This document shows positions 49,137 to 61,700 of a DNA stretch of 64,000 nucleotides, in pieces. Within the stretch, counting starts at the first letter, position 1. The number at the start of each line of letters is the position of its first letter. Source of the stretch: Macrostomum lignano (lineage: Eukaryota); assembly GCA_002269645.1 (NCBI GenBank), contig NIVC01000525.1:62001-126000 (forward strand), written 5' to 3'. A program made the position numbers and the translations under genes. The notes under the pieces were generated by a model. That model saw only the letters and a list, made by a program, of their open reading frames with translations, was not told the DNA's origin and made no database searches.

Positions 49137-49640
49137 TGTAGGGTGGTGGGTGCTGTGAGGTGGTGGGTGCTGTAGGGTGGTGGGTGCTGTGGGGTGGTAG
49201 GTGCTGTAGGGTGGTGGGTGCTGTGGGGTGGTAGGTGCTGTGGGGTGGTGGGTGCTGTGGGGTGGTGGGTGCTGTGAGGTGGTGGGTGCTGTGGGGTGGT
49301 GGGTGCTGTGAGGTGGTGGGTGCTGTGGGGTGGTGGGTGCTGTGGGGTGGTGGGTGCTGTGAGGTGGTGGGTGCTGTGGGGTGGTGGGTGCTGTGAGGTG
49401 GTGGGTGCTGTGGGGTGGTGGGTGCTGTGGGGTGGTGGGTGCTGTGAGGTGGTGGGTGCTGTGGGGTGGTGGGTGCTGTGGGTGGTGGGTGCTGTGAGGT
49501 GGTGGGTGCTGTGGGGTGGTGGGTGCTGTGGGGTGGTGGGTGCTGTGAGGTGGTGGGTGCTGTGGGGTGGTGGGTGCTGTGGGGTGGTGGGTGCTGTGAG
49601 GTGGTGGGTGCTGTGAGGTGGTGGGTGCTGTGGGGTGGTG
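49137..49640. repeat. 17-bp repeat GTGGTGGGTGCTGTG(A/G)G, ~30 copies
   Basis: Direct reading. Confidence 0.95.
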
Positions 49641-49748
49641 GTTCTGTTGAGTGCTGGATGCAATTCTCTCTATCATAAAATTAAATCAGTATCCGTGCCC
49701 AATGACTATGTCTGTTTAAAAGCGGACTACGAGAGGCAGGCGCCTCCA

Positions 49749-52700
49749 TCAGGCCGTGCCGCCAGTCGCAGCAGCTTCAATAACGGCCAGCGGCACACAC
49801 AGGCTGGGGTCCTCCAGGCAGACAATGTCAAACTTGTCAGCATAGCCGGACAACCGGTCTTGCACTCGATCGTTGAGGTAGCCGACGGTGAGCACCAGGT
49901 CGGCGTTGCAGCCCTCGGACATGCGCAGGTCGCCCATCGTGTCGCCCATCAGCAGGACGTGCCGCCTGTCCGTAGCGCCCACAAGGTCGTTGGCGCTGGC
50001 CTCGCTGGAGGCGAAGGCGGAGAAACGCTTGTTGAAGGTGTGGATTAGCGGCTCGGAGAAGCCGCGCAGAACGCCCTGCGGTTGGGTTGATTGACAGGAA
50101 CAAGTCTGCTTGATGGGCGACAACTGGTAGGCGGCATTAATGCGACTGCATTACGAGGCCTCAACGTGAGATAACAGGCCTATATATTATACTGTCATAA
50201 ATCTCACCTTATGAGACTTTATAGATCTCCCTTCGAGATTATGGCTGCTGAAAATCTCACCCTGCGATTCCTGATATCTCACCCTGAGATTCTTGATCTC
50301 TCACCCTAAGATTCTTGATATCTCACTCCGAGATTCTTGATCTCTCACCCTAAGATTCTTGATCTTGTAGAGATCCTTAAACCTGATAGCCTACTAGAAG
50401 TAGTAAGATAAAATTACGAAGGCAAATTTAAGAATAGCATGCGTCATACTCTATTTTCAGTAATACTTGTAATAACACGAAAACAGCAAGTGATCATTCC
50501 ATAGTCCGAAAAACCGGTTTTTAACCTATATTTCCAAATATGGCAAATTTTAACTTAAATGCGACCCAAGCTTCACACGTTTCTATTCAAAACCCCACCG
50601 GTCAAAGGACAAAGTCCATTTCTTGATTCTTATCAATAAAACCGGTTTGGGGCTCAAAGTCGAATAAAATTGTGTATAAAAATATAAGCGAAAATCCGAG
50701 CTGAAACCTTAGACTCGGAGCAGCCTTAAGAAATCTTGGGCTTAGCCAGAGCAGCCAAGTAAGGCTATATCTCTGTGAGAGACAAATACCAATTGGTACG
50801 CCTTTGTTAGAGTATTTGTTATTTGAGTCTTTGTTATTCGATTATTGAGAGCTGTGTCATTGCCGACCGTTACTGATCAGCCGATTTATTGAGTTATTGA
50901 AATTGAGGCCTCCCTTTTCCTAGGGGGATTGGATAGGATCTGCAGACCGATTCCGATACTCTTAGTCGATTACTGATTGATTGATTTCGGTACCCTAGAG
51001 TAACCGATAGGAGCACACGACTCCGATTCCGTTATTTCTAGAAGACGCCATTTCTGGAGGACCTCGTTATAGTGATAGAGTTGACTTTATTATTAGGGCG
51101 CATCTCTACACTCGAGGAATATATTGATTTCTGCACTCGAGGAATATATTGATTTCTACACTCGAGGAATATATTGATTTCTGCACTCGAAGAATATATT
51201 GATTTCTGCACTCGAGGAATATATTGATTTCTACACTCGAAGAATATATTGATTTCTGCACTCGAAGAATATATTGATTTCTGCACTCGAGGAATATATT
51301 GATTTCTGCACTCGAGGAATATATTGACGTCGACGGACTAAGTTCGGCCGACTTTAGGATTCAAGAAGACTTCTAACTCCGGAGGAAGATCCCATAAAGG
51401 AGAAGAGCTCTACGAACCTGCCCGACAAAGAAGAGGAGCCCGCATCAGTAAGTGATCACTGAATTCCCAGGCTTAAGGGCTGGAAGTGGGAGTTTTCAAG
51501 TGACTGATCACCACCGGATTAAACTCTTCAATCTCTCATCCAAAGATTATTGATATCTCACTATGAGATGCTTGATATCTCACCCTAATATGATAGCCAT
51601 AATTCCCGCCCTGAAATTCCTGATATCTCTCCCTAAGGTTCTTTATATGATACGATGACTGTAAACGTCTCTCTGCGATAGTAGCAGTAAAACCTCACTT
51701 TGACCCCAGAGTCGGACGCGTTGCTGTAAGCCTCGCCCCGAATTTATATCTGCGAGTCTCACCTTCTCATTGTACAGCATGAAGTTGCTGACCACTCTGA
51801 TCAGCTTGCCGCGAATGTCGAAGTGCACCAGAATCTCCTGGATGATGTCGCCGATGCCCGCGGAGAAGATTAGACAGGGTATGCCGAGTTCCTCGAGGCG
51901 GTCGAAGAACTGATGCCAGCCGTCGCTGGAGAGCCATAAAGATAATTGATAATAAATTGAGGATCTGAACTGTGGGATCATAAATTGAGAATCCGAACTG
52001 GGGGATCATAAATTGAGGATCAGAACTGGGGGGGGTCATAAATTGAGGATCAGAACTGGGGGGGGGGTCATAAATTGAGGATCAGAACTGGGGGGTCATA
52101 AATTGAGGATCTGAACTGGGGGATCATAAATTGAGGATCAGAACTGGGGGGTCATAAATTGAGGATCTGAACTGGGGGATCATAAATTGAGGATCAGAAC
52201 TGGGGGATCATTTTAGGATGAGAAGTGGAGAATGACAGTCAGCTCAGACAGCAACTCACCGCAAAGCCACGCCAGACACGTCCACAGTCTGTGCCAGCAC
52301 AGATTTCTGAAACCCGGCCAGCACCATGCGATCGTGCGATCTGGTCCACCACTCGATCATGTGCGGCAGCTTCTCCTCGTCGGACATGTCCGGACAGATC
52401 TCGATGGCGTAGTACTTGGTGTACAGTTCGCGGAAGTACTTGTGGTCCTCGGCAGACAGGTCAGGGTAGGACTCCATGATGCCGTGCGAGGAGGGCACTC
52501 GGCGGCCGTTCTCACTGAATTTGCTCAGCGTGTGGTCGAAGTCCGTGATCACTTCCAGGGCGTCCGGGCCGCCTCTCATCAACGACTGCAGCTTCTCCAG
52601 CACCCGGCGTCGGTTCTTCATCACCAGGCGGCACTGGGAGGGTAAGGGGGTTCGATATCCTTTGCATTGGGAGCTAATTTGGGTCAGCTGGGTTTGCATA

Positions 52701-53869
52701 TTGAGTTGGTGGGTCAGAGCGATGCTCTGCATATTGAGTTGGTGGGTCAGAGCTGTTGTGCATATTGAGTTGGTGGGTCAGAGCGATGCTCTGCATATTG
52801 AGTTGGTGGGTCAGAGCGATGCTCTGCATATTGAGTTGGTGGGTCAGAGCGATGCTCTGCATATTGAGTTGGTGGGTCAGAGCGATGCTCTGCATATTGA
52901 GTTGGTGGGTCAGAGCGATGCTCTGCATATTGAGTTGGTGGGTCAGAGCTGTTGTGCATATTGAGTTGGTGGGTCAGAGCGATGCTCTGCATATTGAGTT
53001 GGTGGGTCAGAGCGATGCTCTGCATATTGAGTTGGTGGGTCAGAGCGATGCTCTGCATATTTGAGTTGGTGGGTCAGAGCGATGCTCTGCATATTGAGTT
53101 GGTGGGTCAGAGCGATGCTCTGCATATTGAGTTGGTGGGTCAGAGCGATGCTTTGCATATTGAGTTGGTGGGTCAGCTATGCTCTGCATATTGAGTTGGT
53201 GGGTCAGCTATGCACTGCATATTGAGTTGGTGGGTCAGCTATGCACTGAATATTGAGTTGGTGGGTCAGAGCTATGCACTGCATATTGAGTTGGTGGGTC
53301 AGAGCTATGCACTGCATATTGAGTTGGTGGGTCAGAGCTGTGCACTGCATATTGAGTTGGTGGGTCAGAGCTGTGCACTGCATATTGAGTTGGTGGGTCA
53401 GCTATGCACTGCATATTGAGTTGGTGGGTCAGCTACGCTCTGCATATTGAGTTGGTGGGTCAGCTAAGCTCTGCATATTGGGAGCTCTGTATGTCAAGGC
53501 AGAGTGAGCACACTGCCTGAGGATGAGTGAAGTGTGCTCAGGCGATCACCAGTATATATAGTCTCATTGCCTCGACCGACGCACCTTCGTATCGCCGAAC
53601 TGGCACACGACGGGCAGTTCGCTAGGCTCATCGCGACACGTCTGCTCCAGGAGGTGCAGCAGCGGCTCGGCGGAGGTCACCGAAAGTCTTAAAGCCCGGC
53701 GCCGCGCGGCTCCGCCAGCTCCCCGGATCGACCTGCCGCCGCCACGGCGACGTCGATAGGCGACCGACAGCAAGTAGGCGGCCGCGGCGGCGGCTCCGGC
53801 CCCAGCGAGCAGCAGAGACAGACGGCGAGGCGAAGCGGCCAGCCCGCTGAAGAAAGCGTCGGTCAGCAT
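49749..53869 (-). CDS. NT5C3: Cytosolic 5'-nucleotidase 3 (pyrimidine/m7GMP 5'-nucleotidase, HAD family), 4 exons, ~382 aa
   Basis: Exons 53869-53585, 52633-52260, 51925-51763 and 50075-49749, phase-consistent. Motifs VITDFDHTLS (DxDxT), YYAIEI, KLPHMIEWW, IFSAGIGD, VVSNF, LIHTFNK, LMGDTMGDLRM and VGYLND. N-terminal hydrophobic anchor. Confidence 0.92.
50366..51530. mobile_element. Solo-LTR-like insertion (1165 bp) in NT5C3 intron 3
   Basis: TGTAGAG...CTCTTCA ends (6/7 inverted match) and a 4-bp TSD ATCT (50362-50365 and 51531-51534) that splits one unit of a 22-bp minisatellite. No coding capacity. Confidence 0.7.
51106..51327. repeat. 25-bp repeat CTRCACTCGARGAATATATTGATTT, ~9 copies, inside the solo-LTR-like insert
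   Basis: Direct reading. Confidence 0.92.
51955..52210. repeat. ~29-bp repeat GGATCAGAACTGGGGGGTCATAAATTGA (NT5C3 intron 2)
   Basis: Direct reading. Confidence 0.9.
52690..53480. repeat. 33-bp minisatellite GCATATTGAGTTGGTGGGTCAGAGCGATGCTCT (NT5C3 intron 1)
   Basis: Direct reading. Confidence 0.95.
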
Positions 53870-54060
53870 TGTACGGTGGCGGAATGAGAGGATCTATGAG
53901 CCTGTGTAGGGCGCTGTGGATGGCTGGAAAGATTTTTACCGTGTTTATTTCATATGCATATATATGTACCTGGCAGTGATGCATAAATAATACCTGATAA
54001 AGGGCCTTCATTGTCTAGATTTATTTTTATATAGGCTTACTTGTCTTACGGTAACCGGCC

Positions 54061-54300
54061 AAGAGCATAGTTCCCCATAGCAACAGACAAAGAGCATAGT
54101 TCCCCATAGCAACAGACAAAGAGCATAGTTCCCCATAGCAACAGACAAAGAGCATAGTTCCCCATAGCAACAGACAAAGAGCATAGTTCCCCATAGCAAC
54201 AGACAGAGAGCATAGTTCCCCATAGCAACATGCATAGAGCTCCTCATAGAAACAGGCAAAGAGCATGGCTCCGCATAGCAACAGGCAAAGAGCATAGTTC
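54061..54300. repeat. 29-bp repeat AAGAGCATAGTTCCCCATAGCAACAGACA, 6 good plus ~2 degenerate copies, upstream of NT5C3
   Basis: Direct reading. Confidence 0.92.
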
Positions 54301-54678
54301 TCTTGCAAGGAAATTTCGAAAGCGATTCAGAAAATGAAGAAAAGAAAGACGGTTTATTTCGCATTAAAGTTCCAATAAAATAAATCGTTTGATTTTAATA
54401 GAAAACTAAGAAACACACCATGTTTCAACGGCCCGCCGTCTCACGGGACCATTATTATCTTTTAAAATGCTATACGACCAAAAGCGATTTACAATCAATT
54501 CAGACACTACTCGCAGTAGCAGCAACACATGATATTATTAGAAAATGAATATATCTCCCTCACTCTCTGAGCAGCATCTCCCTCACTGTCTGAGCAGCAT
54601 CTCCCTCACTCTCTGAGCAGCATCTCCACTCTTTCAAATATATTTGACGGTAGTGCTGAGTTTGACATTAGCGTGCAA

Positions 54679-55458
54679 TCAAGCCGGTGTCTTGACCGCA
54701 GGCTCAGGCGCCTCAGCCTCGGGCGCAGCGGATTTTACTGGCTTAGCGGACAGTCTCTGCTGAGCCTCCAGCACCTGGCTGTGCAGCGCGTAGCCAAGCC
54801 CGGACAAACCGGTGGTGAAGGCGGACATCCACCAGAGCAGCTGGAGAGGCGCGGCATCGAACGGTGCGCCGATCAGCGGGCAGCAGAGAGCTCCGCCAAG
54901 GGTGGCCAGCTGAAGCGCCGTGTTAGCCTTGCTGATGGTCAGCGGCTGCACTTCCTGCGCCTTGGCCAGCAAGTCGGAGCCGCCGCCCGTCACAGTGGCA
55001 GCAACGGTTCCGCCAATCAGAAGCAGATCCCGGCCGATGTACAGAGCAACCAATTGAGCTGGCAGCAGTCCAACGTAGCCGAGTGACAGAGACAGCGCCG
55101 CAACCAGAGTCTTGTCGGCCAGCGGATCCAGCAGGCTGCCCAGTAGCGAGCGCTGACTCGGCCACCGTCTGGCAATCCAACCATCCAGACCGTCGGACAG
55201 GCCGGCGGCCAGAGTGATGGCGGCGGCGGGCGCGTAGCTGCCGGAGAGCACGCAGGCCGCTACGCAAGGGGCAGCCACAAGGCGGCCGGCAGTGATGGCG
55301 TTAGGCACCGTGTACACCCGATTGCGGCGCTGGCTGGCCTCGTCTGTGCTTGCTAACTGACTGGCGGCCATTCTGCCTACAATCAGCAGGCTGGAGCCGG
55401 CCGGCCGGCTATTGGCTGGCAGCCGCAGCCAATGAGAGCAGAGCGAGCGGGTGAGCAT
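54679..55458 (-). CDS. CRLS1: Cardiolipin synthase (CDP-alcohol phosphatidyltransferase), intronless, 259 aa
   Basis: TVPNAITAGR, SDGLDGWIARRWPSQRSLLGSLLDPLADK, RDLLLI and PLTISKANTALQL. Arg/Ser-rich, acid-free N-terminus resembling a mitochondrial presequence. Confidence 0.9.
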   Translation of the reverse strand: MLTRSLCSHWLRLPANSRPAGSSLLIVGRMAASQLASTDEASQRRNRVYTVPNAITAGRLVAAPCVAACVLSGSYAPAAAITLAAGLSDGLDGWIARRWPSQRSLLGSLLDPLADKTLVAALSLSLGYVGLLPAQLVALYIGRDLLLIGGTVAATVTGGGSDLLAKAQEVQPLTISKANTALQLATLGGALCCPLIGAPFDAAPLQLLWWMSAFTTGLSGLGYALHSQVLEAQQRLSAKPVKSAAPEAEAPEPAVKTPA

Positions 55459-56214
55459 GCATTAATTGGGCAGCGATGCCGATTTTTTATTTCCAATGAA
55501 CTTGTATGTAAGCAATTAAGCTGTCAACCTTGCACATGAAATGCATGTACATGTACGGCAATACATTGCTCAGCGATATTTCATTTTGATTGTGTGCTGG
55601 CATCAATGACGAGTCCATTGTCAACATGTTTTTTTAAATACGTTCTTGCATGCATGAACCGCAGGTCATTAAGGTAACCACTAAAGATAAGGTAGTAATT
55701 AAAGATACGGTAACCGTTAAAGATAAGGTAGGCATAAAAGATAAGGTAATAATTTAAGATAAGGTCACATTATCATCGACCAACGAAAAGCCTTTTTTGT
55801 AAACGGTGTCATCGTTATTAGATATTGTATTAATTAGTTGCATCAAATAACCAAGACAAAGAATTTGCCGCATCAATGCCCTCAATAAAACTAAAAACTT
55901 AAAAGGCCCGCACCGACAGACGACAAAGTCTGTAGCAGCGCTATGGTGCACTTTTAGTCATAGTCCTCACACCAGCGTTCATTTTGTGCTTTTCAGCTCA
56001 TTCTTTTCATGTTTGCAAAACACCTCGCAGAAGTTGAGGATAGAGCTGCACGTATTCAGTACAATGGAATCTTAAACTCGAACAAAGAAATAACTAAAAC
56101 AGTGCACTTTCAAAATATAGTGATAAACACTTAGCAAAAGCAGTCAAGCAGCGGCGTAATGATGCATGAACTTATTAGACAGCTTTTTATGATAGCCAAA
56201 ACAGTACACAAACA

Positions 56215-56745
56215 AGTGTCAAAATGGCACCAGCGAGTGTCAAAATGGCACCTACAAGTGTCAAAATGGCACCTACAAGTGTCAAAATGGCACCTACAAG
56301 TGTCAAAATAACACCAGAAAGTGTCAAAATGGCACCTACAAGTGTCAAAATGGCACCTACAAGTGTTAAAATGGCACCAGAAAGTGTCAAAGTGGCACTA
56401 GAAAGTGTCAAAATGGCACCAGAAAGTGTTAAAATGGCACCAGAGAGTGTCAAAATGGCACCAGAAAGTGTCAAAATGGCACCAGAAAGTGTCAAAATGG
56501 CACCAGAAAGTGTCAAAATGGCACCAGAAAGTGTTAAAATGGCACCAGAAAGTGTCAAAATGGCACCAGAAAGTGTCAAAATGGCACCAGAAAGTGTTAA
56601 AATGGCACCAGAGAGTGTCAAAATGGCACCAGCAAGTGACAGCATGGCACCAGAAAGTGTCAAAATGGCACCAACAAGTGTCAAAATGGCACCAGCAAGT
56701 GACAGCATGGCACCAGAAAGTGTCAGAATGGCATCAACCAATGCC
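56215..56745. repeat. 21-bp minisatellite AAAATGGCACCAGAAAGTGTC, ~25 copies
   Basis: Direct reading. Confidence 0.95.
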
Positions 56746-57504
56746 AGAATGACGCCCATAGGTACCAAAATGGCATTAGTGTAGTGAAAAACGCAATAGC
56801 CAATGCTTAAATAACACTATATAGTGACAGTGACTAATATTAAAGTTATTGATATAGTAAATCAATTCCATCTTACTAGCTGGTCAGAATTTCTTGAGAT
56901 TCTATCGAGTCTGAAAATCTCACAGAGAAAATATAGAATTAAGACAACATACGCAGAGAGGACTGTAAAATGGAACAACAGTTAATCATAAAGAATCTAA
57001 CAGAGTGCAGAGATCATAAAACAGTCCAGGCCGAACAATGCCCAGAAGAAATGAGATAAAAAAGGTCAGAAATATCCAAAGGAAGGAAAAACCAGAGGAA
57101 AAGTGTGAAAACAATATAAATAATAAAATTTGAGATAACAGCGACCGCTTGTTAAGCCGTATAGTCTATCAAACGAACAAATCAGCATACGGTACATATT
57201 GGTAATATGTAAATGCAGACAAAATAGGATAATCAAATACACAATAATTCCACAAATATGGGAAGAGCCAAGCACAGACTAACAATAGAAATAGCCAATG
57301 TGCCTCATACAATAATTATATCATAATCCGCATATGCTAAAACGTTATCTGAAGATATGAGCACATAAGATCACAGATCTATTAATTATCATAATGGTTA
57401 CTCGCATTGTAGCGTAAAGTTTTTATTTTTTATTTAAAAAAAGCGTAAAGTTTAAACTATTAAATATTCTAGCATCTTCAACTAGCTCAACTCTTTAACT
57501 AAAA

Positions 57505-57955
57505 TTCACCCTCAGTCTCCCCAATTCACCCTCACTCTCCCCGATTCACCCTTACTCACCCCAATTCACCCTCACTCTCTCCAATTCACCTTCACTCTCC
57601 CCCATTCACCCTCACCCTCCACATTCACCCCCACTCTCCCCCATTCACCCTCACTCTGCCCCATTCACCCTCACTCTCCCCCATTCACCCTCACTCTGCC
57701 CCATTAACCCTCACTCACCCCCATTAACCCTCACTCACCCCCATTCACCCTCAGTCTGCGCCATTCACCCTCACTCTCCCCATTCACCCCCACTCTCCGC
57801 CCATTCACCCTCAGTCTCCCCCATTCACCCTCACTCTCCCCGATTCACCCTTACTCTCCCCAATTCACCCTCACTCTCTCCAATTCACCTTCACTCTCCC
57901 CGATTCACCCTTACTCTCCCCAATTCACCCTCACTCACCCCTATTCACCCTACTC
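57505..57955. repeat. ~21-bp C-rich repeat TTCACCCTCACTCTCCCCCA
   Basis: Direct reading. Confidence 0.9.
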
Positions 57956-58387
57956 ACTCTATTTAAAATACAATAATCAGCAAGAGTAGCATCATTTATA
58001 AATTTAGCTAAAAACAATTAATTCATCGCACAGCACAGAGGGCGCAGATTTGAATACTTAAAAATAACAAAATAAAACAAATAAACTTTGATTGGTCGAA
58101 CACGCGGGAACAAACAGAGCTGAACTGTTACTGTGTGTTACTGTAACAAAATTAGAACTATAAATGTAATTAAACTTGCTGGTAAGTTATTACCACTTTG
58201 ACTTTCGCGGGAAAGACAGCTCGGCACAAACACGCACATTAAAGCGAAATACAATTTGCGCAGCAATTCAAAAAGCATCTATAATGATTAATGCGTGTAA
58301 TATTTAATAATGAAAATATTTAGATTTCAGCATAGAAATGCCAGAACATTCAAAATAGTTATTAAAAAGTCAGTTAATAAGGAACGG

Positions 58388-58720
58388 TTAGCAACTCGAA
58401 TCCCCACAATTAGCAACTCGAATCCCCACAATTAGCAACTCGAATCCCCACAATTAGCAACTCGAATCCCCACAATTAGCAACTCGAATATCCACAATTA
58501 GCCACTCGAATCCCCACAATTAGCCACTCGAATCCCAAAAATTTGCCACTCGAATCCCAAAAATTTGCCACTCGAATCCCAGCAATTAGCCACTCGAATC
58601 CCAGAAATTAGCCACTCGAATTCCAACAATTAGCCACTCGAATCCCAGCAATTAGCCACTCGAATCCCAGAAATTAGCCACTCGAATCCCAGAAATTAGC
58701 CACTCGAATCCCAGCAATTA
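58388..58720. repeat. 22-bp repeat TTAGCMACTCGAATCCCCACAA
   Basis: Direct reading. Confidence 0.92.
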
Positions 58721-58797
58721 GAATCGGAGGGCTTAAACATGGTCACGCGGTAAACTTCAGACAACAATCGCCACTCTCTGACCCCTAAAGCAACATC

Positions 58798-61700
58798 TCA
58801 ACCAGAAGGTCGGCCAGTCCTGGGCTGCTGTCGCATTCGCTGGCCCAGATAGATTCTAAGAAACAGAGCCAGGAAAACAACGGCAACGCCCAGGTAGCCA
58901 AGCGGCGGCACCCGATGCTGGTAGATGAGGCAGGACAGCAGGATGGCGAAAGCCTGCCTGACGGTCATAATGATGATAAAAGTGACCGAGCCGAACCTGG
59001 CGATGGTCTGGAAGATGACCAGCTGGCCAACTGTGGAGCACACTGACAACAGGCCCAGATGCATGAGGAACTGCGGATGCCGACAAGCGAACGCTACAGC
59101 CGCAGGCAGGGAGCCCTGCTCAAGCTGGGCGGCCACCGTGAGCACGCAGGACAGCACGCTGGTGCCAGCCATCATCTGCAGGGTGGTGACGCCGTGGCGG
59201 GTGAACAGCACACTCTGCCAGGTGCTGGTAAACGCGTCGAAGGCCATGTAGCCGGCTAGGAGGGCGGCGCCACTGAGCGTCGTGGCCGCGGCCGACGTTG
59301 CGTGCTCATCCGATTCGGAGGCGAGTAGAAATGTGCTGGTGCCTGCGGGGATATGGTCATAATGAGGATTTGGATTGGGGGGTCATTATGAATATTTTGA
59401 TTGGGGGTCATAATGAGGATTTGGATTGGGGGTCATTATGAATATTTTGATTGGGGGTCATAATGAATATTTTGATTGGGGGTCATAATGAGGATTTGGA
59501 TTGGGGGTCATTATGAATATTTTGATTGGGGGTCATAATGAGGATTTGGATTGGGGGTCATTATGAATATTTTGATTGGGGGTCATAATGAGGATTTGGA
59601 TTGGGGGGTCATTATGAATATTTTGATTGGGGGTCATAATCACGATTTGGATCGGGGGGTCATTATGAATATTTTGATTGGGGGTCATAATCACGATTTG
59701 GATCGGGGGGTCATTATGAATATTTTGATTGGGGGTCATAATCATAATCAGGATTTGGATTGCGTCATAATGAGGATTTGGATTGGGTCATAATAAGGAT
59801 TTTGATTGGGTCATAATAAGGATTTTGATTGGGTCATAATAAGGATTTTGATTGGGTCATAATAAGGATTTTGATTGGGTCATAATGAGGATTTGGATTG
59901 GGTCATAATGAGGATTTTGATTGTGCCAGAATGAGGATTTTGATTGGGTCATAATAAGGATTTTGATTGGGTCATAATAAGGATTTTGATTGGGTCATAA
60001 TGAGGATTTTGATTGTGCCATAATGAGGATTTTGATTGTGTCATAATGAGGATTTGGATTGGGTCATAATGAGGATTTTGATTGGGTCACAATGAGGATT
60101 TTTATGGAGATTAGGGTGTCTATTACGGCACAAGTTCCCTACTTAACCCATGAGGTACTCATAAATAAGCGGCAGTCGCAGACCTGCGCTAATTAGGGCG
60201 GCGGTAGCATATTCGTCCCATCGATATGACTTCCTTGACACCAGTTTGCCCATCAGCATCACTGGTATAATTTTGCAAGCCTTGGCCAACACCTGGGTTG
60301 GAAAGCTAACGTAGAGCAGGGCCTCGTACTGGCACCAGGAGCTGAGCACGTTAGATAGAGAGCTCCAGGTGTACTCAAAGGCTGGCGCCCGATGCGGCGT
60401 CCGGCTGATGAGGCGGAGCGCCACCACAGCCAGCAGGCCGGATAGCAACCGGTTGGCGAACACCAGGAACTGCGAGTCACGGAAGCGTTCACCATGACCG
60501 TAGTCTGCTGTGACCATGCGCTCTTGGAGCACGCCCCAGGTTAGATAGGCGGCCTGGCGGGTTGGGGCAGCAATTCATGTAGTTTCAGGCGCTACTGACA
60601 CTGACATCTGTCACTGACAGTGGGGACTGTGTGAATTTGGGATCTGTGACTGACAATGGGGACTGCGAATTTGGGATCTGTGACTGACAATGGGGACTGT
60701 GAATTTGGGATCTGTGACTGACAGTGGGGACTGTGAATTTGGGATCTGTGACTGACAGTGGGGACTGTGAATGTGGAGTCTGTGACTGACAATGGGGACT
60801 GTGAATTCGGGATCTGTCACCGACAGTGGGGACTGTGAATGTGGAGTCTGTGACTGACAATGGGGACTGTGAATTCGGGATCTGTCACTGACAGTGGGGA
60901 CTGTGAAAGTCGAGTCTGTGACTGACAGTGAGGACTGTGAATTCGGGATCTGTCACTGACAATGGGGACTGTGAATTCGGGATCTGTCACTGACAGTGGG
61001 GACTGTGAATTCGGGTCTGTGACTGACAATGGGGACTGTGAATTCGGGTCTGTGACTGACAATGGGGACTGTGAATTCGGGTCTGTCACTGACAGTGGGG
61101 ACTGTGAATTCGGGTGTCACTGACAGTGGGGACTGTGAATTCGGGTCTGTGACTGACAGTGGGGACTGTGAATTCGGGTCTGTGACTGACAATGGGGACT
61201 GTGAATTCGGGATCTGTCACTGACAGTGGGGACTGTGAATTCGGGTCTGTGACTGACAATGGGGACTGTGAATTCGGGTCTGTGACTGACAATGGGGACT
61301 GTGAATTCGGGATCTGTGACTGACAATGGGGACTGTGAATTCGAGATCTGTGATAGACAGTGAGAACTGTGAATCCGGAATTCGTGAAAATGGGATGCGT
61401 GATAGTAAGGACAGTGAATCGTGAAAAGCTGACCAATGACAAAAGGGTACGACTGTGACGATAGAAAAACATGAGCATATTGGAGTGAAATAATCAGGCA
61501 GGAGTTACTAACCTGCAGGCCAAGAGCGCAGGCGGCCAGGCTGGCGTACCACTGCCGGCTGTGCGGCTGCGGCTGCTGTTGAGCCGCCTGCTCAGGCTTC
61601 CGCTCGGCAGCGGCTTTGCCCAGCTCGGCCTCCAAATCGGACTGGGGCTCGGCGCCCACTGACAGCAGGCGGATTAGCCAGGCCAGGCAGCCGCCGGCGC

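Larger units (their letters stand above)
50200..51640. repeat. ~22-bp repeat ATCTCACCCTGAGATTCTTGAT, split by the solo-LTR-like insert (50200-50365 and 51531-51640)
   Basis: Direct reading. Confidence 0.8.
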
